From the NCBI GenBank assembly GCA_905178155.1, contig CAJINV010000003.1, forward strand, positions 2,623,065-2,687,064: a stretch of 64,000 nt of DNA, written 5' to 3'. Below, one piece after another: positions 35,746-46,112 of this stretch. This DNA is from Amoebophrya sp. A120 (lineage: Eukaryota > Protista > Dinoflagellata). Position 1 is the first letter of the stretch. Every line of letters starts with the position of its first letter. The notes under the pieces were generated by a model. It was given only the letters and a program-made list of their open reading frames with translations. It searched no databases and had not been told where the DNA came from. A program made the position numbers and the translations under genes.

Positions 35746-38700
35746 TCAGGTGCCATTGGTTGCAGGATCGGTCGAGAGGTACTGCAAAAACTGCGTCCAG
35801 TCCTCTATCAAAGGGAAAAATCCCCCCTCCCCATATCGAAACGAAGTTTCTGATGCTGGACGTGCGTAAACAAATCACGTCTGTCCTGCTGGAGAGGACT
35901 GCAGGCATATGCAGAGCCTGGGTCGTGAGGTTTTGACGTAGGGGACTAGCATGACAGATGTCGGCTCTGTAAGCCCAGCAGCATCACAAACCGCCGGCAT
36001 AACGCGGCGGACTCTCTGGCTTTGTCTTCTTGCAAGACAGACAGGATTTGTGACCTCAAATCTGCATCACAAATTTTCAGACGAATGCGGTTGCAATATG
36101 GGGAGGGGGGATTTTTCCTCTCAATATCCTCCTGCGAAAATTCCTCGTTGCTGTTATCACTATGAAAAATCCCCCCTCCCCATATCAAAATGGAAATTTC
36201 TGATGCTGATTTGCGTACACAAATCAGCTTTGTATTGTAGAGAGGCACTGCGGGCAGATCTCTAGGCTAGATAGGGGCGCACGTGTCTAGTTGTTCAGCA
36301 TGGCAAACGGCTCCCCTTTAGGCCCAAGAGAATGACAAATCGCTTCCATAATGGGGCGAAATCTCCTGCCCTTGTCTTCTTGCAAGACAAATATGATTTG
36401 TGACCTCAAATCAGCAACACAAACTTTCGAAGTCATACCTTTTCAATATGGGGAGGGGGGATTTTTCCTTTCAATAGCTGTTAAAGGAGCTGTTAGGTCC
36501 TGCAACCATGGAGTCGAAAATACTGGCCAGCGAGTTTGACGAGTTTGCCCCTCCTGCTTTGTTTCCGTTGCCACCACCGAGCAGGGAGCCGAAGACGGAA
36601 GTCGAGGACGTCGCACCGCCAAGAAGGCCTCCGCCCCGACCCGTAGTGGTGGCTGCCGTGGTCTCACTGTCCGACGTGAAAAATCCGGACGGGCCTGTTT
36701 GGCTTGTGGGCGTGGTGCCAGCGGCCAGCAGTTGCCGCAGTGCTTCGCCGAAATCGCCTTCTTCGTCGGTCCGGCTCCGATCGCGAGGCCGGGCGGGCCA
36801 ACCTTAATTGACACGAGGTATTAAAATGGATATCAAAAGCAAAACTCTTTTGCCAGTATCAACAACGAGCCAGGATTTTTCGTTTATTTCTAACGGATGA
36901 TTCCTTTTCGTTTTCCCGCAACATTTTTGCATTCGCAAAACAATTCCTCGTAGAACAAATACCTATCGCCGGTGTCCCCCCACCGCCTCCAGGGGTGGGA
37001 CCACCTCCGCCGTGGCTGCCGGCGGACGGCGTTCCGCTGTTTCCATTTAATGCGGAGGCCGCTTGTATCAGCGCGGCGGTCTGCAGCATAGTGGGGTTGC
37101 TCGCCAGCAGGGCGGCCGCGTGGACCATCTGGTGGTGCTCGTTCGCGGGGAACCCGATCGGGGGCGGAGGCCCGAAGGGGTTCGGCATACCGGGCGGCGG
37201 AAGTCGCGAAGAGGATGAACTGGAGGAGCCGCCTTTAATATTCCCCCCGCTGCCCCGCCAGTAATTGTCCACTACGTGGTGGTCGCGCCACTGGTCTGCA
37301 CCACTGGTCTGATGCTCAGATATCAAATGTAAAAATGTCTGGGTCTGGAAGAATGCAACTTGTCATGCTGTCTTTGGAAGGTAAAAAAAATCTGTATTGC
37401 ATGACCAGCAAGAGGAGTTTAGTTTGTGCTACTTGGAGCGCGCGTTTCTCATGCGGAATACGCATCAGAAGGCCCCTTAAAAATCTGTGATGGTCGGCCA
37501 GGCATTACAGACATCATGGGTTATGCAAAATATGCATGACAAACCTGGCAATCTTCCAGACCCAGACATTTTTACACTTGATATCAGAACCACGCCATCG
37601 ACTGCTCGAGGAGGCGGAGGACCCACCTCCACCGGAGCCGTTGTACAGACCGCCCCCATGGTGATGATCGCGAAAAAAAGACCCGCCACTATTTTCGATC
37701 CGGCGCCGCTTTTGCTCGTAGAGCGGATCTGGGACGGGGAGCATGTCCCGCCCGCTGCCACCGTTCCCTTCCGTTTTGCTGCGCGGACCAAAGGATCCTG
37801 TGCAAAAGTATCGCACTAGTATAAATCGCATGACAAATTTCCTCAGCATGAGAAAGAAAATTTGTAATGCGGATTTAACCTGAGAAAGAAACTTGTAATG
37901 CATGAATGCGATTAGTACGAGTACGAGACTTTTGCACAGGATACAAAGTTGGTTTCCCGGTCCCGGCGCTGCTCCATACTGGCCATGCGGCGCAGTGTAT
38001 CAACTGTAAAAATGTCTGGGTCTGGAAGAATCCAACTTGTCATGCTGATTTTGGATTCTAAAAAAATCTGTATTGCATGAGCAGCAAAGCGAGTCCAAGT
38101 TTTGCTACACGGAAAGAGCATTTGTCATGCGGTATAGGCATCAGGAAGCCCTCACAAAATCTGTGATGCTAGGGCATGCATCACAGACATCAGGAGTCAT
38201 GCAAAATGTGCATGACAAACCTGGCAATCTTCCAGACCCAGACATTTTTACATTTGATACAGTGCCACCTTGTAATCCTCCGTCTCCTGGCCGTCCGGAG
38301 GCATGAGGTCGATGGCCTGTGGTTTACCCTCCTTGGACAGGTCTAGAAGGAAACTCACCTGGATTTTTGATAATTTGGATATACAGTGCGGCAGGGTGCG
38401 ATTACAAATTTTGATTTTCGCACTGAAGAAATAGTAAATTTGGAATTTTTACCGACAACAACAAGACCACCATCAAGAAGTAGATGTTTAAGTTGTACCT
38501 TATCGCCAACTTCGAAACATTCGAGGTATTGGTCCTTGCGCAGAAACGCGTCTCCACCGTATTTTTTGTGTATTTCTGGGCACTCGGGTATGGTGGGGAC
38601 AAACTGTAACTATTCTACTTCTGTGCGTTTTGACCCGTTCGTTTTGTTAGTCGTGTGCGCTTTGCCGATGCAGGTGTACTATTCCATCCATGCATCATTC

Positions 38701-39639
38701 AGCTTTGCGTTTACGAGCACGTGGGGGTCAAAAGGAACAGAATGTAGTTCTACAGGTTTGGATTTGCGTATCCACGAAACCGTAACTGTTGTTCCTGATT
38801 TGTGTGATGAAGTTCAGCAATTCATCTTACCGACTCTGTAGGAGTAGGATGAATTGTTGTTGAGACGAATAAGTAATATCACCATTGTCAGTGGCAGTGA
38901 AAAAAGTTTCTGTGCAAGTAGCTTCTACTTACCCTCGATCCTTTGCGTAGCTTTTTATCCTTCCGATGTATCTTAGCTGGCCCTTGGAATCTGTGAAGCT
39001 CGTAGCCTCGTTATTGATTCCCACAACGCCTGCATTCGTCTTGGTCGCATGCATGATTATCGGTTGCAGAGCCATGCGTAGGACGTCACCTGTTCAAACT
39101 TTTGTAATTTAATTTTCTACATACATACAACTCGCGTACGGTTCAAGTTCTACAAGCAAGAACAATGTCAATTCCTCTTTTCCTCCTGTTAATGTTTGTT
39201 AGACACGACCACAGGCATCGCGTGGCAATCAAAATTGTGCAAGTGGCGTGGTTTTCCAAAAAATGTACTTATGAGTACCTTTTCTCCGGTTGATTATCAG
39301 CTCTCTCAATTGGGCTTTCTGCTGGTGTTCGGGGAGCTTATCAAACTCGGTAAGTGCGGTGCGCAATTCCAGTGATATCTTCTCTGGCGCCACTTCCAGG
39401 AGCGACTCGTAGTGGGAAAAGAAGTCTCGACTGGGGCCGGCCTTAGCGCCGCCCCCCTCCGCGCCCGGGGCTGCGGCCGGGTCAATGGAGGACGACGAGC
39501 CGCCGGCAGCTCCGCCTCCAGGGGCTGCGGCTCCACCAGGAGCCACCTCGCTCAAAGGATCATCCCCCGTCGAGCCACTACCTGCGAGCGCCTGCAGAAA
39601 GTCCTCCATTTCGGCGGTGCTCGTATTAGGCTCCACCAT
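35746..39639 (-). CDS. Cold-shock-domain (CSD) nucleic-acid-binding protein, ~11 exons
   Basis: Assembled exons read YIGRIKSYAKDRG|YGFV|ECPEIHKKYGGDAFLRKDQYLECFEVGDK|VSFLLDLSKEGKPQAIDL, then a Gly/Ser-rich tail to stop 35746-35748; mix of GT-AG introns and introners. Confidence 0.82.
35806..36126. mobile_element. Introner, family B (321 bp)
   Basis: TIR tatcaaagggaaaaatcccccctccccatat; TSD tcctc; excision gives FSQE|DWTQF. Confidence 0.92.
36155..36476. mobile_element. Introner, family B (322 bp)
   Basis: TSD gctgt; only 28 bp from the previous element; excision gives SFNS|NEEF. Confidence 0.92.
37321..37583. mobile_element. Introner, family A (263 bp)
   Basis: Full ~31-bp TIR; TSD tcaga; excision gives RGSE|HQTS. 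Confidence 0.93.
37794..37943. mobile_element. Introner, family C (150 bp)
   Basis: TIR atcctgtgcaaaagt.tcg.act; TSD caaag; excision gives TNF|GPRSK. Confidence 0.9.
37998..38259. mobile_element. Introner, family A (262 bp)
   Basis: TSD cagtg; excision gives YKVAL|RRMAS. Confidence 0.93.
38589..38770. mobile_element. Decayed introner-like non-canonical intron (182 bp)
   Basis: tat...gta termini, residual inverted match caaactgtaactattc / gaatgtagttctacaggtttg, flanks tcggg/tccac; removing 182+5 bp restores the CSD motif GYGFVEC. Confidence 0.55.
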
Positions 39640-42007
39640 CGACGCGCGAGCTACAGAAAAACAAACCCAGGAGCGTCAAAGCTGACAGTGAAGACCACCC
39701 GGTCGTGCACTCGCGTATCAAGGAACGAATCAATCAGCGTACAGGAAGAAGAAGAAGAACAAGGAGCGAGTCACAATTTTACGAAAATATTAAGGGAACA
39801 GGCAGAATAAAAAATAGGAATCGACCAGCACACGCCCGTTGGCAGCTTTGCTTGAAAAAAGAAAATTTTCAAAAAATGAAGACTACAACTGAAATATACT
39901 ACTGCGTTGCCCAAATAGAAAAAGTGTTTTACTACTTGTAGTTATTTTTACGAGAAAGAAACAGACGCAAGAAGTTGTAGCTCAGCCGCAAGCCACGGCC
40001 ACCGCTACGAGCACTTCTTGCAAAACAAAGTAAGTTTTGTATTTGTTGTTTGTCTTTGTCCAAAATTACATTGCAGGTGGTAAACTGTTGTTCGTTCTTG
40101 CTCCCCTCAAGGGAGAAGAAATAACGAGCTCGAAAAATTCTAAAGGGAGGAGAGGTGTCACAAGACTTGTATCATGTAGAGATGCGACGAAGACGTGCGT
40201 CCAGGGTTCATCCTGCTGAAACAACCTCTTCTATCTAACGATTGGCAGTCGCAGCTCGAATAAAAATTTGCACAATATGTAGCCTATTAATTTGTGCTTG
40301 TGCGTGTGCACGCTTGATGGCAGTCAAAGAAGGTGTAGTCAGCTTCTCCAACTCCAATTTAATATCATGGTGTTTCATACTGTCATGCAATTTGCAACAA
40401 CGACTTCCTCGTGTCCTTGAAGCTATCTGGGTAGACAGAGATAAACCTAGCGTCCCATGTCTATAGAAGAACTAGGAAGAGTGGTGCAACGCAACCTGCT
40501 GTATCTTCTTTTTCTAAATAGTCGAGTTTCCAGTTTAGCATGCCGACTGTATGTAGTAGAGACGGCAACAGGTTATGCGTATGCCGCAGCTGCAGCATAT
40601 AGCAAAGCCCTTACCCCTTATTCTTGTGAGCAGCATACGTAAACCTAGACTCACTGACCGGCTTGATGTGTCGGGAGAGAAGCAAAATAGCTAGTAGAGA
40701 TCCTAGGCACACTCATACACTGCTCCTTATTTTTTACATGAGGTACTAGAACAAGAAAGTTGTCGTAGGGTAGTCAAAAAAGTATTCAGATGTATCAACT
40801 TGTCGGTAAACATTGATGTAACGCGCGACGTCGAGGCGCTAACGCGTTGCCCACCGTGCCGGCGCCGAATGCAAACCCTTTCTCCTGCTCGTCGTCGTCT
40901 GGCACTTACAATTACAACAAGCAGTCCCACTTTGTGTTTCTCTTTCTAGTGCAAATTCCACTACTATGATTCAGAAGCAACGCAATCTTCGCTCGTTTTT
41001 TGCAAACGTCGTTGTTGAATTTTATACCTATTCGAGAGCTTCTTGTATGTCACTCAAGTCGTTTCTTTTTGATCGCAGATACAACATAGCATTTTTGCAA
41101 TGCCCGGACGCTTCCAGAAAAAAATGCTGGCTACTTGAGGATGAAAATGAAGAGCATTTGCGATTGTCATTCAAAAAGAACGGGATAGAGCCGCGAAAAA
41201 CGAAAATGCGACCGCGTCTTTCATCACTAAGCATATCAATATGGGGAAGGTCAATATTTTTAAGGGTAACCGCACACGCATGTGTTGTAGGCTGCAAGCA
41301 GAGCTACAAGATTAGAAGCGAAACATCAACTACACGCGATTGGGAGTAGAAACGCACACCACACGGAGCCATAAGACAGGAGAAGAACAAGATGATTTAG
41401 TACATTGTGAATGATTTTCTCTTCCTGACAGGACGCTCGAGGGAGTGACTCAGAGATTCCGCTCAGAAGTTGAGGCAGCACCACGACAGGAAGTTTTATT
41501 TGAAGGGTTCTCACGCCATGACAATGGCTATCAATCTAGTATCTATGCTGTTTTGTAATTGTATGTGAAGTAAGAATAAGAAATCGAAACGTGTAATCGC
41601 AACTATACTCGACGAACACTTCGGAAATATTATCGGCGGTGACATCACATTGCTGCATGCTGGCAGACTATGCGATGAAATATTCTCCATACTCGCGGCA
41701 GCGCAGCAGGGCGGCAGGAGATGTGCGGAAGGGCACTAGATCAGGATTTGCACCTCGTCGCGCACCAAGTTTTGATCGTCACCAACCCTGACAGAGGCGC
41801 GCATGAATGTGCCTTTACAAGAATCAATGTAAGTAATTCATAGAATAGTACACAAACACACGCTTTTCCTTTTGCGAACTTTCAGCTTCAGGCGGCGTCT
41901 AACGCTTTCACGACCGTTCTTGTTTCATCCGGGTAGGGTGAGTATCTCGGCCACTGCTCGAAGATACAAAAAAAAAATCTACGTTGAAATTCTGTTAGTT
42001 TTTCTTT

Positions 42008-45000
42008 CTATCGGCTAAAAATGCTGCGACCTGACTCATATGCGTTGCAAAAGTATCGCACTACAGTGTACCTTTAGAAACAACATCACAAATTTTTATT
42101 TTGGCAAGAACAAAAGTAGTACGTACTTCATGCATTATGCTGATTCAACTTCAAACAGCTTAGAAAAGAAAAGGACGGTTTTATTCATGATCACGCATGA
42201 CTGCAAGTGCAATTTAATCATACGAGTGCGATACTTTTGCAGAGCATAACTCACACTCCCGGTCTATGGCCTTCTCAAGTGTTACATTCTCAACTGTTGC
42301 ATGAATTTGTGATGCAAGAATGGCAAAAGTCAAAGGGGTGACCTTGCGCGTCTTGCATGACAGATTCGGCGCAGATTCTCAGCCTGTTTGGCTCTTCGAG
42401 AATTTGTCATGCAAAGCAGCTTGACCGTGTCAATGCTGATTGTAATTCTGCATGACAAATCTAAATCATGTCACAGTTGAGAATGTAACATTTGAGAATC
42501 CCATACGGTCCAGCACGACAAAAACCGACTCCGCATCGCGGCCATGAAGGATTTGCGCGAGCTATTACAATGAAAAATGCCCCCACCCCCGAACTTGGGA
42601 GCATTTGTGTTGCAAACCTTTCCAAATGAAGCATTCGCCCTCTTGCATCTATCAGCATCACAGGTTTCCAATCGTGGATAGCAAAAATTTGTATTGCAAA
42701 AGACCCCAGCAGGAACGGCGCTTGTCATGCAAGCAATGCGATACACGCCTAGAATCTGCATCAGAAAGATTCATACTCCTTTCATGCATGGCAAAAAGTT
42801 TTCATTTGGAAACTTCGCATCACAAATTTTTGCAATTTATTCAGGAGTGGGGGGCATTTTTCACTGTACTACGAGCGACTTTTTCACGTACGCTGGCTCG
42901 TGCTGCAGTAGCGCCGCCAGGGCGTAGTCGCGGCGGTCAATCGAAGTCAAGCCAGCTTCGTGCGCGACGAGCACATCGATAATCTGTTGTGCCAGGCGCT
43001 CGGAGTCCACACCCAGCGCCGGCAGCCGTTCGGCGATGAGTTCGGGGCTCTTCTGGAGGTGCACAGCATTTTGGCCACCCAGGTGCACGTGCTTGGCCTG
43101 CCACGGATGGAGCAACCCGCTCTGCAGCGTTGGTGCGCCCGTAAAGACCACCATCCCGGCTTCGTCCGGAAAGTACAGGTTCCAAGTTTCCGAGCGTGAT
43201 CTACTTCCACCAAAGTAACGAGGCTCCTGCGGCGAAGTTGTGGCAGAGCTGCTCGTCGTGCTGGTCTCCTTATTTCCACCTGCCGTAGTTGATGTTAGGG
43301 CGTTTATTGCCATCGCAGTGTTGACGGTTGTGCTGTTTGTTCCTTCTTGTGAGCTTCGTTCCGCTTCGGCGTCATCTTCCACGAGTCTACCATCGACAAA
43401 AACTTGCCGGGACAAAATACTGATAGCAGGCATGTCTATTTCACCCGAACTTGGTGGCCGTGAAGATGTAGTCGGGCGTATAATTTTTTCCGTCGAGGAC
43501 AACTTAGACTTTTTCACCGTCAGGTCGTGCGCGGTAGAGGACACCTCCTCGGAGGAGCCCCCTGAAAAAAGAGATGTTCTTGCGCCGCCGCCCTTGTTAG
43601 CAGCCTGTAAAGAGAGTAGGGCTGCGGTCAGCGTTCGATTGTTCAGATTCAAATGCTATCCAATGTAAAAATGTCTGGGTCTGGAAGATTGCAACTTGTC
43701 GTGCTAAATCTGCAGCATGCAAAAATCTATGTTGCATGATTACCAAAAGTCGCCCAATTTTGACCAAGTCGGGAGGTAGTTTCTCATGCAGGATAGGCAT
43801 GAGAAAGATCGCACAGAATCTGTCATGCTAGGTCCGGCATTCCAGACCTCATGGGTCATGGAAAAGCAGCATGACAAATCGCGCATTCTTCTAGACCCAG
43901 ACATTTTTACATTTGATACATGCTGAAACAACAGGTTGCTCTCCTGGTCGACCACGTCGTGGGCATTATTATTTCCAGACTCAGTAGGGAGTACAACAGT
44001 CGGAGCTGAAGTTGTTCTACTATCGTACCGCCACAGGACCGTGACGTTTCGTTTAGTAGTGGGAACGTGATTCGCCAGGGCGGACCGCACAAATAACTTC
44101 TCGAACTTGTCTGCGGATATGCTTTCGCCTTGTTGCAGGTCGAAAGCCACACAGGAAAATCTGAAGTTCGTTTGTGCCAAGGAATCCAACACGCCCTGCT
44201 CAGCGTTCTTTGTTACAACTTCACGTCCGGCGCGGTCCTCTCCGCGCAGCACGACAGGTGGTCCTGCTCGGGAACCCGGCGGCGGGTGACTGCTTTGCTG
44301 GTCGACGTGTGGAGCAAAGTTCAGGAAGTCGTCCCGGGGCCATTGATGCAGAACCAGAAAGAGGGGAATGTCGCTTTCAGCGATTATCTGGTTCTGCTGT
44401 TGCAGGTACCGTGCGGCGATACGCTGTCGCGTCAGCGTCACGTAATAATCCAGCGACGGAGTCGTGGCAGTCGTGTCCCGAGCAGCTCCCTGTCGTGGCG
44501 GGCATGCGACCGCCGGACCTGCGACGGCGACCGTCAACGACCTTCGACTGGCCAGCTGCAGCCACATGGCATCTTCGCTTCCCCCACCACAATCGCTGCA
44601 AACCTGCGAGGGAGGAAAAAAGTCCCGCGCCCGCAGTGTGGTGAGTAGGCTGGTGGTGGTGGGTGCAGCTGCTACGGGCGGCCGCACATGGACATCTTGT
44701 TCAAGTGAGGTGGCTGCTCCGCTGTTACTTGTTGAAGACTTCTGGAGAGGCCCAGTAGACGAGGGAGCGCTTGTTCCACCGCATCCCACAACTGACAAGA
44801 GCACCCCTCGTGGAAGTGCATCTGCGGTTGGTGGGAGGCGATTGGGGTCCGGATGCTGAATGAGAAAGTCCTCTGCAAGCGCTTCGAACAAATTTTCCGC
44901 GCTATCAACCACGTTGCTGCGGCCCCACTTTCCCGAGCCAAAAAAGCGCTTGTTCGAGGCCGACGAGTCGTTGTATGCAGCTCGGGAGCTGCGAGCTGGA

Positions 45001-45068
45001 AGATCGTCATCGTCCTGAAGTAGATCTAGAGCCTCGCCAACGCCGGCGACCAAGTATCCCTTTTCCAC
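42008..45068 (-). CDS. Hypothetical protein split by 4 introners; ORF 45285..45620 may be its 5' exon
   Basis: ORFs 43740..45068 and 42861..43652 join in frame, then KKSL|AQILHGRDAESVFVVLD|RECE|SGRSIFSR* (stop 42008-42010). Confidence 0.7.
42039..42248. mobile_element. Introner, family C variant (210 bp)
   Basis: TIR tatgc..tgcaaaagtatcgcact / agtgcgatacttttgcagagcata; TSD actca. Confidence 0.9.
42265..42505. mobile_element. Introner, family F (241 bp)
   Basis: TIR tatgg..ttctcaa.tgttacattctcaactgt; TSD cggtc; homologous to 61832-62064. Confidence 0.92.
42563..42871. mobile_element. Introner, family D (309 bp), inverted relative to 24534-24842
   Basis: TIR tattacaatgaaaaatgccccc; TSD cgagc. 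Confidence 0.92.
43657..43918. mobile_element. Introner, family A (262 bp)
   Basis: TIR as family A; TSD aatgc/catgc; excision restores frame. Confidence 0.9.
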
Positions 45069-45284
45069 AGACGGAGGGAGGCGCTCTTCGTAGCTTTCGT
45101 GGTCTCAATATGCGATCAAAAAATTACCACTGCTGCACTAGAAGTGGTGAAAAACGTATGACCTAGCACGTCTACCTTGATGCTCCAAGGGCTACATGTA
45201 AAAAGTGAAGCAAGCAGTGACATGAGTGATCGTTTATGTTCTTGGGCATGATCCACATTCGTTTATAGGTTATTATCCACCTTT

Positions 45285-45620
45285 TTAACCTTCTGATTCT
45301 GAACCTGTTCTACTTCTATCATTCATACACCTAATTATTTCATTCCCCGTTTCTTCTACCTGCGAGTAGTTCACCACCTCGTCGGCATAAAAAAACCCTA
45401 AACACCTTGTTTTTACAGCGCTTTTAGAGCAGTGGCACATTGATTGTCGTCCTCGTACTGGATTCACATACTTCTGCCCTTCATCGAATGCAGCAAGATA
45501 GCGGTGGTACACGTAAAAGATCTGAAACACACCGTACGCTACTGCCACTCCCAAGCATGCCGCGAGAAGGGTTACGCGTCGTTGCAAAAACAAGAGAAAC
45601 GCAGAAGACGACGACTGCAT
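45285..45620 (-). CDS. Small ORF with one hydrophobic segment (probable first exon or signal anchor)
   Basis: ATG start, VTLLAACLGVAVAYGVFQIFYVY; junction to downstream exons not resolved. Confidence 0.4.
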   Translation of the reverse strand: MQSSSSAFLLFLQRRVTLLAACLGVAVAYGVFQIFYVYHRYLAAFDEGQKYVNPVRGRQSMCHCSKSAVKTRCLGFFYADEVVNYSQVEETGNEIIRCMNDRSRTGSESEG

Positions 45621-46112
45621 CGTACATGGCTCTTATATTCTCAAACTAGCGTGAGCGTACAGTACATAGAGCGTAGCTTTCTTTTTCACATTGCGCTTCA
45701 GATGCGGAAAAATTTCGTCCCAAGAAGAACTGCGCGCAAAAAAAGATTCCCCGAAGAAGGCCAGAAAGATTTTCAAATTAATATCGCTTCAAGAATGAAC
45801 CCATAAACAGCTCACGAAGTGACTAATTCTCGGTTGATATCAGATTTTGCATTGTACATCAGGACAACTTTTTTTTTCTGATTTTTGATACCGTAGGTAA
45901 GTGTTCCCCTTTTTTTCCTTGCCTACTTCGTAGTTCTTTTTCGACGAGACGAAAACTTCACCTTCGACAAGGCGAAAACTTCGTGGTTCAATCTCACAAG
46001 ACAGACCAGCTGAACAAATGATGTTCCTTTGGACAAGTGGAGCTGAGCTTCCCGATTGTTCATACCAGACACGACATCCTCCACTCGAAAAACCTGGGTC
46101 CTTCCAGCAGCC

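Noticed and set aside
39700-42000. Possible multi-exon gene in an AT-richer stretch (likewise 33400-35700 and 63498-63992)
   Set aside because: Only short ORFs; no exon chain or protein motif could be supported
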